Shown here one piece after another: positions 7,307 to 15,970 of a DNA stretch of 46,935 bases. The stretch lies in IMG/VR virus record IMGVR_UViG_3300002542_000002. One strand, written 5' to 3'. The stretch is from a virus. The first letter of the stretch is position 1, and the number at the start of each line of letters is the position of its first letter. The position numbers were made by a program, and so were the translations under genes. The notes under the pieces are model-generated. The model ran no database searches. It was not told the origin of the DNA and worked only from the letters and a program-made list of their open reading frames with translations.

Positions 7307-7885
7307 TTAGGAGTCTTTTTCTACCGCCGCAAAAATACCTCCGATATTATGATCCTCCCGCTCGATGTTTCGCTTGTTTTTCTCATAGTACGCTTTCTCT
7401 ATTTCCTCCTCGGTAAAGCCGAAATGCTCGCCTAATCCTCGATACAAAGCGAAAGCATCGTAAAAGGATTGTACTCCGGCTATATTTACGATCACTACCG
7501 AGAGTAAAAAGATATGCTGGATCGGATTTTTAAACATTATGACTCTATCGTGATAAGGCGGGATATTGAGATCGTTCCCGAGGGATAATAAGAAATGGAT
7601 CCCATCGACAAACTCCTCGAGCGCCTTTTCCCGCTTCATTTTCTTATTGCTCCAATATTTAAAAAGCTCTTTCCACTCGTTCACAAGTTCGCCCAGCTCT
7701 ACCCATAGAGCAAGTTTCCGTTTATCAAAGGTTTCTTTTCGAGTTAATCCGGCGTTATGATGGTACTCTTGGTCTATTAAAGCTTGAGTTTTTAACATAT
7801 TTTCGATACTCCAATGACGATCGATGATCGCCGGGTAGTCATCGGTTTTTATTTTTTGTCCGTTAGGTAAAATAATCTCTTTCAT
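7307..7885 (-). CDS. dut: all-alpha (dimeric-type) dUTPase / NTP-pyrophosphohydrolase
   Basis: 192 aa. LALWVELGELVNEWKELFKYWSNKK...EEFVDGIHFLLSLG resembles the dimeric dUTPase (dUTPase_2) core motifs. Confidence 0.6.
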   Translation of the reverse strand: MKEIILPNGQKIKTDDYPAIIDRHWSIENMLKTQALIDQEYHHNAGLTRKETFDKRKLALWVELGELVNEWKELFKYWSNKKMKREKALEEFVDGIHFLLSLGNDLNIPPYHDRVIMFKNPIQHIFLLSVVIVNIAGVQSFYDAFALYRGLGEHFGFTEEEIEKAYYEKNKRNIEREDHNIGGIFAAVEKDS

Positions 7886-7888
7886 CAG

Positions 7889-8083
7889 TTAATCGCTCTC
7901 CTTTTCCGCTAATTTTATGATCGCTTTTTTAACCATTTTCCCTAAATAGTTCTCATGACTACAATTGTCGCAATAAATCGCCGTTACTCCCTCCAATGGT
8001 ATGTAATCTCTTATGATGTTGATCGGGATCCGTTTCGGCGCTCCACAATTAGAGCAAAACATAAGATAAACTTTGTTCCCCAT
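7889..8083 (-). CDS. hypothetical zinc-ribbon protein (64 aa)
   Basis: CSNCGAP...CDNCSHEN. Confidence 0.6.
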   Translation of the reverse strand: MGNKVYLMFCSNCGAPKRIPINIIRDYIPLEGVTAIYCDNCSHENYLGKMVKKAIIKLAEKESD

Positions 8084-8109
8084 CGTTCACTCTCTCCCCG
8101 ATTTTTAAT

Positions 8110-8137
8110 CCGGAGGAGGATATCCCCGCTCCTCCGG
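8110..8137 (-). other. stable intercistronic hairpin without U-tract
   Basis: CCGGAGGAG ... CTCCTCCGG (9-bp arms) lies between SSB and the next gene. No T-run on either strand. Confidence 0.5.
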
Positions 8138-8168
8138 TAGTGTATAGATGGAGCCGAAACTTGATCGA

Positions 8169-8615
8169 CTAAAAGGGTAAATCCTCATCTCGAATATTGA
8201 TAGGCTCCCCTTCATTATGGAAAGGATCTTCATCTCTCCAGCCGCCGCCATTATATCCGCCGCCGCTCGAGCCGCCGTTTCTTCTCTCTCCGGCGCTTTT
8301 CGGCTCTAAAAATTGTACGCTTTCGGCGACTACCTCGGTAACATATACCCGCTTTCCTTCGCTGTTTTCATAAGAGCGAGTTTGTAAACGCCCATCGACT
8401 CCAGCAAGCGAGCCTTTCCGTAAAAAGTTAGCGGCATTTTCAGCAGTTCGCCGCCATACGACGACGTTAATAAAATCCGCCTCTCGCTCGCCTTGTTGGT
8501 TTGTAAATGGACGATTGACGGCGAGAGTAAAGGTAGCTACTGCTACTCCGGACGGCGTATACCTAAGATCCGGATCCTTTGTTAGCCTCCCGACTAAGAT
8601 CACTCGATTTATCAC
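8169..8615 (-). CDS. ssb: single-stranded DNA-binding protein
   Basis: 148 aa. [23 protein letters not shown]...[13 protein letters not shown]-fold signature, Gly-rich linker and acidic tip DEDLPF. GTG start. Confidence 0.95.
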   Translation of the reverse strand: MINRVILVGRLTKDPDLRYTPSGVAVATFTLAVNRPFTNQQGEREADFINVVVWRRTAENAANFLRKGSLAGVDGRLQTRSYENSEGKRVYVTEVVAESVQFLEPKSAGERRNGGSSGGGYNGGGWRDEDPFHNEGEPINIRDEDLPF

Positions 8616-8652
8616 GCTATTTCCTCCTCCTTTTTTCTACTAACCTATTAAT

Positions 8653-8681
8653 ATACTATCATATTAGCGATAATATTACCA
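8653..8681 (-). promoter_or_regulatory. candidate promoter, class II-like (TGGTAA-17-TAGTAT, spacer begins TATTATCGCTA)
   Basis: Minus strand reads TGGTAATATTATCGCTAATATGATAGTAT upstream of ssb. Shares the spacer box with the promoters at 13707-13738 and 15919-15950. Confidence 0.45.
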
Positions 8682-8781
8682 TAAAAAAAGAGGATTTTTT
8701 GATAAATTTTCCTCCGTTTTTTAGTCGTAAAATCGGATGGATGATCGTATACTTATAAACGTACCGATCATCCGTTTAAAA

Positions 8782-9129
8782 TCATCCCTCGGATCTCTCT
8801 CCCCGATCGGATGGATTAACATTAAACTTTTCGAGGCTACTTTTAAGCTCTTGGAGCAAGCTTGCATTTCGTTTATAAGTTTGTAACTCCGCCTCCGCCT
8901 CGCTAAGTCTTTCTTTTAGCTTGGCGATTTGATCGGTAGCTTTTTTTAGCTCTCTCCTTAAAGAGTTCTCCCTTTTGAGTAGGATCTCGACTCTCTCCTC
9001 GAGATCCTCTTTTTCTCTTAGGAGATCGGAGTTAGCTTTAATTAAATTTTTATCGACTTGAAAAGTTTTTAAATACTCGTCTAAAGCGGTTTTTAGAGCG
9101 TCGATTTTTCTTTCGATGTTATGTTTCAT
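8782..9129 (-). CDS. hypothetical coiled-coil protein (115 aa)
   Basis: Start placed at ATG 9129 (MKHNIERKIDAL...) with SD AGGGAGG 9 nt upstream. Confidence 0.6.
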   Translation of the reverse strand: MKHNIERKIDALKTALDEYLKTFQVDKNLIKANSDLLREKEDLEERVEILLKRENSLRRELKKATDQIAKLKERLSEAEAELQTYKRNASLLQELKSSLEKFNVNPSDRGERSEG

Positions 9130-9694
9130 CTCGTTTTGCCTCCCTTGCCTTTCGTTCTTCCTCGAGCATAAACTCCTCGTATAGCTTATCGGTTGGCTCC
9201 TCAATTAAGCCGAGTAACCATAGATCCCACTTGTCCATATAATAATACTCGCCGTAAATGGATCGGAGTAACTTTCTCCATTTTTCCGCATAGGCTCTCG
9301 ATTCATGACAAAGATCGTGATGAGTATCGCATAGAGGTACTCCGTTTCTCCATACTCCCCGCCCGGAGCCGCTTCTAAATTTTGCATGATGAAAATGTAT
9401 GTAAGGCGATCCACACTCGGCGCATCGAGCGCCTCCGAAAGCCTCGATGATCTTTAACTTTTCCTTTCTACTAAACTCGTTTCTTACGCTTTTCGGAGGG
9501 ATCTTTAACCCTTTCCGGATGACTTTAAGCTCCTTTTTCGTTTTCGGCTTTTTGCGCTTCGTCGGTTTCGGTTGTTTTAACGGCTGTTTCGCCTTTAAAG
9601 AGCTTTTCGCCTTGAGCGGCTTATTTCTTTTTAGTCCTTTATACTTCTTTTTCTCCTCTTTTGGCGGCTTAGGTACCGGGTTATAAGTAAACAT
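9119..9694 (-). CDS. HNH/NinG-like nuclease with Lys-rich N-terminus
   Basis: CAECGSPYIHFHHAKFRSGSGRG...VPLCDTHHDLCHES (HNH-type Cys/His cluster). Start at 9694 with SD GGAGG 7 nt upstream. Confidence 0.6.
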   Translation of the reverse strand: MFTYNPVPKPPKEEKKKYKGLKRNKPLKAKSSLKAKQPLKQPKPTKRKKPKTKKELKVIRKGLKIPPKSVRNEFSRKEKLKIIEAFGGARCAECGSPYIHFHHAKFRSGSGRGVWRNGVPLCDTHHDLCHESRAYAEKWRKLLRSIYGEYYYMDKWDLWLLGLIEEPTDKLYEEFMLEEERKAREAKRDET

Positions 9695-9708
9695 TACTCC
9701 GCCTCCGA

Positions 9709-9933
9709 TCAATTAAATTTAATCATAAACTTGTCGGATAATAAGATATCGTCGAGGTTATCTAACTCGATGATCTCCGATACGATGTAAAGTACCCGCT
9801 CCACATACGAGCGCTCGGATCCGTAATAGATCTCCATCGCTAACTCGTACCCGATATCCGGATCCTCCATCGAAAAGACTTGTAACGCCGCTTTGCTATC
9901 ATCGAAAACTAAATACCCTTTCGGTTTAGCCAT
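9709..9933 (-). CDS. hypothetical protein (74 aa)
   Basis: ORF in operon register. Confidence 0.55.
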   Translation of the reverse strand: MAKPKGYLVFDDSKAALQVFSMEDPDIGYELAMEIYYGSERSYVERVLYIVSEIIELDNLDDILLSDKFMIKFN

Positions 9934-9988
9934 ATTATAACCCTCCTTTAACGATTAAAGGGAGAGGAGGCTTTCCTCCCCTCCCCTT

Positions 9989-10282
9989 TTATTCGTTTTG
10001 CGCTTTCTTGTTGCCTTTCGCTAACTTTTTCCACTTTTTAACCTCATCCTCGAGCTTGGCGATCTTAAGATCGTACATCGTAAGTTTTCGCTTGAGGTAT
10101 TTATTTTCTTTCGCTATATCCGCATCGACTTTTTTCGGAGCTGGAGCGGCGGTTTCTAAATAATTCGCCGCCTCCTCAAATAATTCGATATAAGGCTTTA
10201 GTTTGTTTGTTCTTACTTGAGTTTGAGCGGAAACGATCTCTTTAAGATCCGCTACTCCTTTTTTAAATTGATTGATATCCAT
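9989..10282 (-). CDS. hypothetical coiled-coil protein (97 aa)
   Basis: Preceded by the conserved AGGAGGAGTTTTAAAATG initiation cassette. Confidence 0.6.
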   Translation of the reverse strand: MDINQFKKGVADLKEIVSAQTQVRTNKLKPYIELFEEAANYLETAAPAPKKVDADIAKENKYLKRKLTMYDLKIAKLEDEVKKWKKLAKGNKKAQNE

Positions 10283-10301
10283 TTTAAAACTCCTCCTTTT
10301 T

Positions 10302-11636
10302 TTAGCTTGCTTCGCCGAAACGGCGCTCGAGGTTAAGAAACTTATTCCACTCTTTGATATAGGCGAGCTGTACCGTTCCGGTCGATCCTTCCCTATTTTT
10401 AGCGATAATAAGCTCGATTATGTTTTTATTTTCCGTATCCTTGTCGTAATAATCATCCCGGTAAAGGAAAATAACGATATCGGCATCTTGTTCGATCGAG
10501 CCGCTATCCCGGATATCCGATAGCATCGGTCGCTTATCTTGCCGCTTTTCGACTTCCCTCGAGAGCTGGGATAAGGCGATAACCGTACAATTAAGATCAT
10601 TAGCCATATTTTTAAGCGCCCGAGAGATCTCGCTTATCTCTAAGTTACGGTTTCCTTGATAGTTGCGGCTCGGTTTAATGAGCTGGAGATAGTCGATAAC
10701 TACGATATGATGTTTATCCGGATAGTCTTTCATGTTTTCCCTTACTCTCGCCCGGATCTCCTCGACGGTGATCGTACTCTCGTCGCAAATATCGAGATTT
10801 TCCTCCCATTGACTCATAACGCTAAGCGCATGAGAGTATTTCGTCCAATCCTCATCATCGAAATACTCGATCGGATTTTTTACTTTGCGTCCGTCGATAT
10901 TGCCTAAGCATGATATCATCCGGTTTGTTAATTGATCCTCGCCCATTTCCAGCGAGAAGATAGTAGCGAAAACCTCCTCATCTTTACCGAGCGATCTTTC
11001 GATAGTGTTATTAACGATATTTAAAGCGAAAGCCGTTTTCCCTACCGACGGTCGAGCGGGTACGATGATGAGCTTTTTCTTTTCCAATCCCTCGAGCATG
11101 ATATCGAGATCATTAAATCCGGTTTCGGCTCCGACTAATCCTCTTTTCATGTTTTCCATTCGACTATATTTATCGATTAAATGCTCCCTTATGGAAAAGC
11201 GTTTTCTCCGCCGCCCGGTATTCTCGATCTCCTCGATCTCTTGGCGGATTTTAGCGTCAATCTCGTCATCATCGAGGTTAGTAAGCGCCTTTTGATAAAC
11301 CTTATACTTTTCCCGCCGCTTCCAATTATCGATAACGATACCCTCGTAAAACTTGATATTAGCGGTAGTCGGTACCGAGATCATCATATCGGAGAGGTAG
11401 CTTATCCCTCCCACTTCATTAACCCGCTCTTTTGCGATCTCCGCAATCGCTACGAGATCGATCGGGATCTCTTTTCGTTGTAGCTCTCTCATCCATTTAA
11501 AAAGCTTGATATGCTTAGGATCGGAGAAATGTTCCGGCTTAATAATGAGATCGTTTATAAGATCCGGCTCGAGTAAAACCGAGCCGAGTACCATTCTTTC
11601 CGCCTCGAAATTGTAAAACATAGCGATAGCATCCAT
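10302..11636 (-). CDS. dnaB: replicative DNA helicase, DnaB family (SPP1 G40P-like)
   Basis: 444 aa. N-terminal DnaB domain (FEAERMVLGSVLLEPD), Walker A PARPSVGKTAFALN, FSLEMGEDQLTNRM and VVIDYLQLI motifs. Confidence 0.95.
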   Translation of the reverse strand: MDAIAMFYNFEAERMVLGSVLLEPDLINDLIIKPEHFSDPKHIKLFKWMRELQRKEIPIDLVAIAEIAKERVNEVGGISYLSDMMISVPTTANIKFYEGIVIDNWKRREKYKVYQKALTNLDDDEIDAKIRQEIEEIENTGRRRKRFSIREHLIDKYSRMENMKRGLVGAETGFNDLDIMLEGLEKKKLIIVPARPSVGKTAFALNIVNNTIERSLGKDEEVFATIFSLEMGEDQLTNRMISCLGNIDGRKVKNPIEYFDDEDWTKYSHALSVMSQWEENLDICDESTITVEEIRARVRENMKDYPDKHHIVVIDYLQLIKPSRNYQGNRNLEISEISRALKNMANDLNCTVIALSQLSREVEKRQDKRPMLSDIRDSGSIEQDADIVIFLYRDDYYDKDTENKNIIELIIAKNREGSTGTVQLAYIKEWNKFLNLERRFGEAS

Positions 11637-11639
11637 CTT

Positions 11640-11972
11640 TTACGCTCTCCCCTTTGCTTGCTTGATAAAGTCCGGCATACGATCCTCCGGGATGTATTTA
11701 AGCGCTCCTTTTTTCATACCCTCCAGCCGTAAAACCTCGCCTTTATCTAAGTATCCCGAGTTAGCGGCGAAAGTCGGTACTCCCCGGAGATCCGCAATAG
11801 ATGGAGGGTACTTTTCCCGCTGGATATGGTTTTTAAGGTTTTCGAGTACGGTATAAAAATCTTGATCCTTTAACATCTCGCTCCATAGGTCTACCTTTTC
11901 CTCCGTTACCTCAAACATGTCATAAGCGTTCGCTATGAGGGAGAAAAGCTTGATTGTTTCCACCCGATCCAT
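11640..11972 (-). CDS. helicase loader/inhibitor, SPP1 G39P-like
   Basis: 110 aa. ETIKLFSLIANAYDMFEVTEEKVDLWSEMLKDQDF...KYPPSIADL matches the G39P-family N-terminal pattern. Immediately upstream of dnaB. Confidence 0.8.
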   Translation of the reverse strand: MDRVETIKLFSLIANAYDMFEVTEEKVDLWSEMLKDQDFYTVLENLKNHIQREKYPPSIADLRGVPTFAANSGYLDKGEVLRLEGMKKGALKYIPEDRMPDFIKQAKGRA

Positions 11973-12897
11973 TTTTACGTACCTCCTTCTCCATCATTTC
12001 TCGGAGGAGATCATTTTTCCTTGCTCCCCGAGATTGATAGCCGCCGCTACCGTATCCCGCTCTCGCTCTCGCCTTTTTCTCAAGCTCGGCTTTCCGTTGC
12101 ATATACAAAACATCGTACTGTTTCCGGAGTTTTTCCGTACTTAGGATATTCGTTTTCCAAAAATCATGATTTTGACACCAATCGATGATAGCCGCTATCT
12201 CCTCCGGATCCCGGTTATCTCTCTCGATCATTAAACGGATCACATCCGCCCATTTTTGCGGGTTTGGTTTTTTGGCGTTAGGATTGTTTTTAAGCATCCA
12301 ATAAAAGAGCCTTGCCGCTAACTTATACTCGATATCGTCTTTTGTATAAACCCGCTTACCTTTCTTTTTCTTAGGCTTGTCCGTTTCGACGGTTTCGGTT
12401 TCCGGCGGTAAAGCTGGAGTTAGTTCTTTGTTATTTTCCTCCCCGGCTTTGATAAATTCGCTCATTTCCTCCGATACCTCCTCGTTTTGTTGCTCCGGCT
12501 CGGTATCGATCGGCTCATCATCGGTATGTAATATCTCCGGATCCGTTTGGTATTCGTTCCATTGTAAGATAGTTACGATCGAGTACTTTCGGCTCGGAGC
12601 GGTTTCGATTTGAATGTTACCCATTTTCTCGAGTTTTTTAAGCCAATTCCATAGAGTCGTATCGCTTACCCGATTTTTCGGCGCTAAGCCGTCGTTATAT
12701 TCGTTAAAAAGGGATTTTCTCCCGGTTACTAACTGTCCGGCTTTAAGATCGACTGTTTCCCCCTCCCATTCGATCGATCTTTCCGAGTGAGAGGCTTTCA
12801 TGAGGAGTAAGATCCATAAGCGGAGGAGATCCGGATCTCTGAAAACCTCGCTATATTGTAATTTTCTATGTAGCCGAAACCATCCCTTAGCGCTCAT
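11920..12897 (-). CDS. replication initiation / replisome organiser protein (DnaD-like C-terminal domain)
   Basis: 325 aa. Winged-helix-like N-terminus (WFRLHRKL...VTGRKSL...TLWNWLKKLEKMG), acidic linker, and C-terminal DnaD/phage-conserved domain (KLAARLFYWMLKNNP...WADVIRLMIERD...IIDWCQNHDFW). Confidence 0.75.
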   Translation of the reverse strand: MSAKGWFRLHRKLQYSEVFRDPDLLRLWILLLMKASHSERSIEWEGETVDLKAGQLVTGRKSLFNEYNDGLAPKNRVSDTTLWNWLKKLEKMGNIQIETAPSRKYSIVTILQWNEYQTDPEILHTDDEPIDTEPEQQNEEVSEEMSEFIKAGEENNKELTPALPPETETVETDKPKKKKGKRVYTKDDIEYKLAARLFYWMLKNNPNAKKPNPQKWADVIRLMIERDNRDPEEIAAIIDWCQNHDFWKTNILSTEKLRKQYDVLYMQRKAELEKKARARAGYGSGGYQSRGARKNDLLREMMEKEVRKNGSGGNNQAFLPHSERL

Positions 12898-12928
12898 CGA
12901 TCCGGGTACCTCCTCTCCTCATAGTTTT

Positions 12929-13351
12929 TTATAATAGCTTAGTAGGCTTGAATTTATAGTATCGAGTACCTCTCTCGGCGGTAAAGCTATGAACGAGGGT
13001 TATATATCCCTCACGTTTAAGCCGATCGAGATCATTTTTAACTTGGTTTCGACTCGCTCCGGTGAGATCCACCATATCCGAGATCGTAAAGTATTTATCC
13101 CGAGAGTAAAACTCGCATATCATCACATAAAGGAAACGAGGATAAGGGTTATGATTTTCGCCTTTAGGTAGTTTCGGGATCTCAAGGATCCGCTCCTCCT
13201 TTTCTTTTGCCGCTTTATCGATCATCGCCTCGATCTCTTTAAGAGAGTTATAGATTTTTTGACGAGCGGCGATATCGAGGTTATATCCCTCCATAACCGA
13301 CTCCGAGATGAGTAATTTTAGATCGTTGATAATATTTTTAGCTCTCTCCAT
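12929..13351 (-). CDS. putative winged-helix DNA-binding protein (140 aa)
   Basis: C-terminal FTISDMVDLTGASRNQVKNDLDRLKREGYITLV is wHTH-like. Confidence 0.5.
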   Translation of the reverse strand: MERAKNIINDLKLLISESVMEGYNLDIAARQKIYNSLKEIEAMIDKAAKEKEERILEIPKLPKGENHNPYPRFLYVMICEFYSRDKYFTISDMVDLTGASRNQVKNDLDRLKREGYITLVHSFTAERGTRYYKFKPTKLL

Positions 13352-13393
13352 TTTAAAACTCTCTCCTTTCTTTATTTAAAGCGACGAGAAATA

Positions 13394-13654
13394 TTACTCC
13401 TCGCCGCTTATATCCATATCATCGAGATCGTTTTCTTGATCGGGATCGTCATTAATAAGATCCTCGATCGATACTCCTAAAGCGTCGGCGAGCTTTTTCG
13501 TTATTTCTAACCCTACACGCTTAACGCCGCTCTCGATCTCGCTTATGTGAGATTGAGAAACGCCGGATATTTTCGCTAGAGCGTTTTGTGATAAACCCGC
13601 CTTGATCCTGTATTCCTTTAATTTAATGATCGGTTGATTTTGCTTTATTGTCAT
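13394..13654 (-). CDS. XRE/Cro-CI family HTH transcriptional regulator
   Basis: 86 aa. LKEYRIKAGLSQNALAKISGVSQSHISEIESGVKR canonical HTH_3. Acidic tail. Confidence 0.85.
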   Translation of the reverse strand: MTIKQNQPIIKLKEYRIKAGLSQNALAKISGVSQSHISEIESGVKRVGLEITKKLADALGVSIEDLINDDPDQENDLDDMDISGEE

Positions 13655-13706
13655 TTTTAACCGCTTGCCTCCTTTTCGTTATCGCTTTAAAAATATGCAA
13701 TCTACA

Positions 13707-13738
13707 ATTATATTAACATAGTAGCGATAATATGACAA
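13707..13738 (-). promoter_or_regulatory. sigma-A type promoter, class II (TTGTCA-17-TAATAT, then AAT)
   Basis: Minus strand reads TTGTCATATTATCGCTACTATGTTAATATAAT upstream of the XRE gene. The -35 is at 13733-13738. Confidence 0.6.
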
Positions 13739-13741
13739 TCT

Positions 13742-14722
13742 CTAAAGTAAATTTTTTTCTCGAAACTCTTTTATCAGATAGGCGAGCGTTGTTCTATGTA
13801 TCCCCAGCTCCTCCGCTATCTCTCCCTTTGTTTTGCCGCTCGCTAAAAGATCCTTGATTTGCTCCGGCTTGATCCGGTTTCTAGGGAGCCGCAAAGTATG
13901 AGGGATACCGAGTTTTTTCCGGTACTTTGTAATGGTTGTCGGATATAATCCGTACATTTCCGCTATTTCTTGATCGGTATAGTTTGGTACTAACTCGAGC
14001 ATTTTTTCCCGAGTTAATCCCAGCTCCTCCGGTTTCGGTAGCTTTTTCGGTTTAACGATCCCCCATTCTTTCTTTAACTTTAAAAGCGACGAGGTAGAGA
14101 TATCCCATAGCTCGGCGATCTCCTTATCGGTTAGCCCTTTCTTTTTGGAAAGGTATTTGTATTCGTCGATCGTAAACTTTGCTTTGATCGTATGATCGGT
14201 CGCCTCGATCCCCCATTTTTTCCGCCGCTTTTGGATCGTTACCTTAGACACGCCGTACATGTCCGCTATTTCTTGATCCGTATAGATCTTACTAAGCTCC
14301 TCGAGCTTTTCTTTTGTCATATCCTTAAGAACGAGCCTCGGCTTGATAAACTCCTCGACTTTCGTCAATCCCCATGCTTGCTTACGCCGGGTTAAAGTGA
14401 TCCGGCTTATACCGTATTTCTCCCGGATCTCGGCATCGGTCATATTTTGACTTTTAAGCTTGAGGTACTTGTCTTTTGTTAGCTCCGGCGCTTTAAAATG
14501 GTTATTCGCCATCGCTCCGTATTCGATGATCCCTCCGAGCGCCCGGATCTTTCTCCCGATTTTACATTCATTCATGCAATAAAACTGCATTTCGTAATAT
14601 GTTTGCCCTTGCTCTCTTAATTCCGTTTTGATTGTGCATTTTTTACAATAGTTTTCCTCGAGTTTGCCGATCTCCTTTACCGCTTCTTTCGCCGTTTTTA
14701 TTTTTCTAGGCTTTTTCCCCAT
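13742..14722 (-). CDS. zinc-finger protein with five tandem HTH repeats
   Basis: 326 aa. N-terminal CKKC...CMNEC. Then 5 units of ~50 aa: MTDAEIREKYGISRITLTRRKQAWGL, YTDQEIADMYGVSKVTIQKRRKKWGI, LTDKEIAELWDISTSSLLKLKKEWGI, YTDQEIAEMYGLYPTTITKYRKKLGI, KTKGEIAEELGIHRTTLAYLIKEF. Confidence 0.75.
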   Translation of the reverse strand: MGKKPRKIKTAKEAVKEIGKLEENYCKKCTIKTELREQGQTYYEMQFYCMNECKIGRKIRALGGIIEYGAMANNHFKAPELTKDKYLKLKSQNMTDAEIREKYGISRITLTRRKQAWGLTKVEEFIKPRLVLKDMTKEKLEELSKIYTDQEIADMYGVSKVTIQKRRKKWGIEATDHTIKAKFTIDEYKYLSKKKGLTDKEIAELWDISTSSLLKLKKEWGIVKPKKLPKPEELGLTREKMLELVPNYTDQEIAEMYGLYPTTITKYRKKLGIPHTLRLPRNRIKPEQIKDLLASGKTKGEIAEELGIHRTTLAYLIKEFREKNLL

Positions 14723-14750
14723 CGCTAAGATCTCCCTCCTTGTTTTGATA

Positions 14751-14777
14751 AAAAAGGAGCGGGGGAGCCGCTCCCCT
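14751..14777 (-). terminator. rho-independent terminator
   Basis: Minus strand reads GGAGCGG-CTCCC-CCGCTCC followed by TTTTTT. Lies just after the ERF gene stop. Confidence 0.75.
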
Positions 14778-14781
14778 TTAT

Positions 14782-15720
14782 TTACTCGAAAAATACCTCC
14801 TTGCCGTTATACTCGACGGTTTTCCCGGTCGATACGTCCGTTACCGTTATCGTATTTTGAGCGCTCTCCTCTTGGATCTCTTTAAGCTCCTCCGGCTCTC
14901 CCTGCTTGTCCGGTTTTTGCGCTGGAGTTTGATCCTCGGCTCGTTTTGCTTGCTCCGCTTGTTTTGCCTTTTCCGCTTGCTTAGCTTGGATCTTACCGAG
15001 GAGGATTTGATCTATCCAATCGAGATCTTTACCCTCCGCTTGTTTCTTAGCGATATACTCTTTCAATCCCTCGAGGGATCCGTTATTTAATACTTTCCAT
15101 TTTGCCTCAATGCTAGAGATAGAGGCTTTCGGTTTTTGTTGTTTAGTTTGTGTCTTTTTGTTGCCGCTGGAGCCGCTTTTCGTTTGTGATCCTTTGCCGC
15201 TGGATCCTTTAGCCGCTTTCGGCTCCTCGAAAACTTGCTCGCTATCTCCATACTCCGGATCATTCTCTTTCTCCCCGGTCGAGATGAGAAAGTTATTAAT
15301 GAGATAGTACTTAATACATCCGGAGTATGCTTTATAAAGTCCTTTGTCGCCTGTATCGGTAGCGACTCCTTTCGATCGTTTAACGTCCATATATCCGGTA
15401 TCGTTATCCGTTAGGATAAACTCCATCGTAACAGTATGGAGCCATGCTTTCCCTTGTCGAGTTTGTACCTCCTCCTTTTCGTCCGAGATTAACTCTACAT
15501 CGAGCGTTAATCCCGCCTCGCTTAATAAGGATCTTACTCCCTCTTTGATATCCGACTCGGTAGAATATTCGTATTTATGGAAGTCATTCCATCCATTTTT
15601 AGCGATCCGTTGAATAGATCCGACGACTTTCGCTTTTTTCTTTTGGAGCTTAGCTCTTAGCTCGAGGATTTTTAAACGTTCCTCGAGCGGCATCGCTTTT
15701 ATTTCTTCGACTGTATACAT
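14782..15720 (-). CDS. erf: ERF-family single-strand annealing recombinase
   Basis: 312 aa. ...IAKNGWNDFHKYEYSTESDIKEGVRSLLSEAGL...GDKGLYKAYSGCIKYYLINNFLISTGE..DPE matches the ERF core. Low-complexity K/Q/A-rich C-terminal half. Confidence 0.75.
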   Translation of the reverse strand: MYTVEEIKAMPLEERLKILELRAKLQKKKAKVVGSIQRIAKNGWNDFHKYEYSTESDIKEGVRSLLSEAGLTLDVELISDEKEEVQTRQGKAWLHTVTMEFILTDNDTGYMDVKRSKGVATDTGDKGLYKAYSGCIKYYLINNFLISTGEKENDPEYGDSEQVFEEPKAAKGSSGKGSQTKSGSSGNKKTQTKQQKPKASISSIEAKWKVLNNGSLEGLKEYIAKKQAEGKDLDWIDQILLGKIQAKQAEKAKQAEQAKRAEDQTPAQKPDKQGEPEELKEIQEESAQNTITVTDVSTGKTVEYNGKEVFFE

Positions 15721-15881
15721 TACTTCCCGCCTCCCAGCATCGCTTTATTTAAAAGTTTGTCCAATTCTTGCGATAAGCGGATCGTTTCCGGATGATTTAA
15801 GCCGTATTTTTGCCCGGCGGCGATCATCTCCTCCCGCTTACGCTCGATCTCCTTTCTAAGCTTTCCTAATCTTTTACTCAT
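15720..15881 (-). CDS. Spo0E-family aspartyl-phosphate phosphatase-like protein (53 aa)
   Basis: Hand-translated (below track threshold): MSKRLGKLRKEIERKREEMIAAGQKYGLNHPETIRLSQELDKLLNKAMLGGGK. Carries the Spo0E signature SQELD in a two-helix context. TAATG overlap with the ERF start. Confidence 0.7.
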   Translation of the reverse strand: MSKRLGKLRKEIERKREEMIAAGQKYGLNHPETIRLSQELDKLLNKAMLGGGK

Positions 15882-15918
15882 ATTCAGCTCTCCCCTTTCT
15901 ATCGATCTTGAATCTATT

Positions 15919-15950
15919 ATTATATTATCGCTTTATCGGTAATATGACAA
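15919..15950 (-). promoter_or_regulatory. sigma-A type promoter, class II (TTGTCA-17-TAATAT, then AAT)
   Basis: Minus strand reads TTGTCATATTACCGATAAAGCGATAATATAAT. The -35 is at 15945-15950 and the -10 at 15922-15927. Confidence 0.6.
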
Positions 15951-15970
15951 GTAGAAAATAAAAAAATCAT

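Noticed and set aside
12371-12400. Short direct repeats CGGTTTC x3 inside the replication-initiator gene as a possible origin (by analogy with SPP1 oriL inside gene 38)
   Set aside because: There are only three 6-7-nt copies, and they coincide with an acidic linker (PETETVETD) where codon repetition is expected. Evidence is insufficient without binding or replication-start data.
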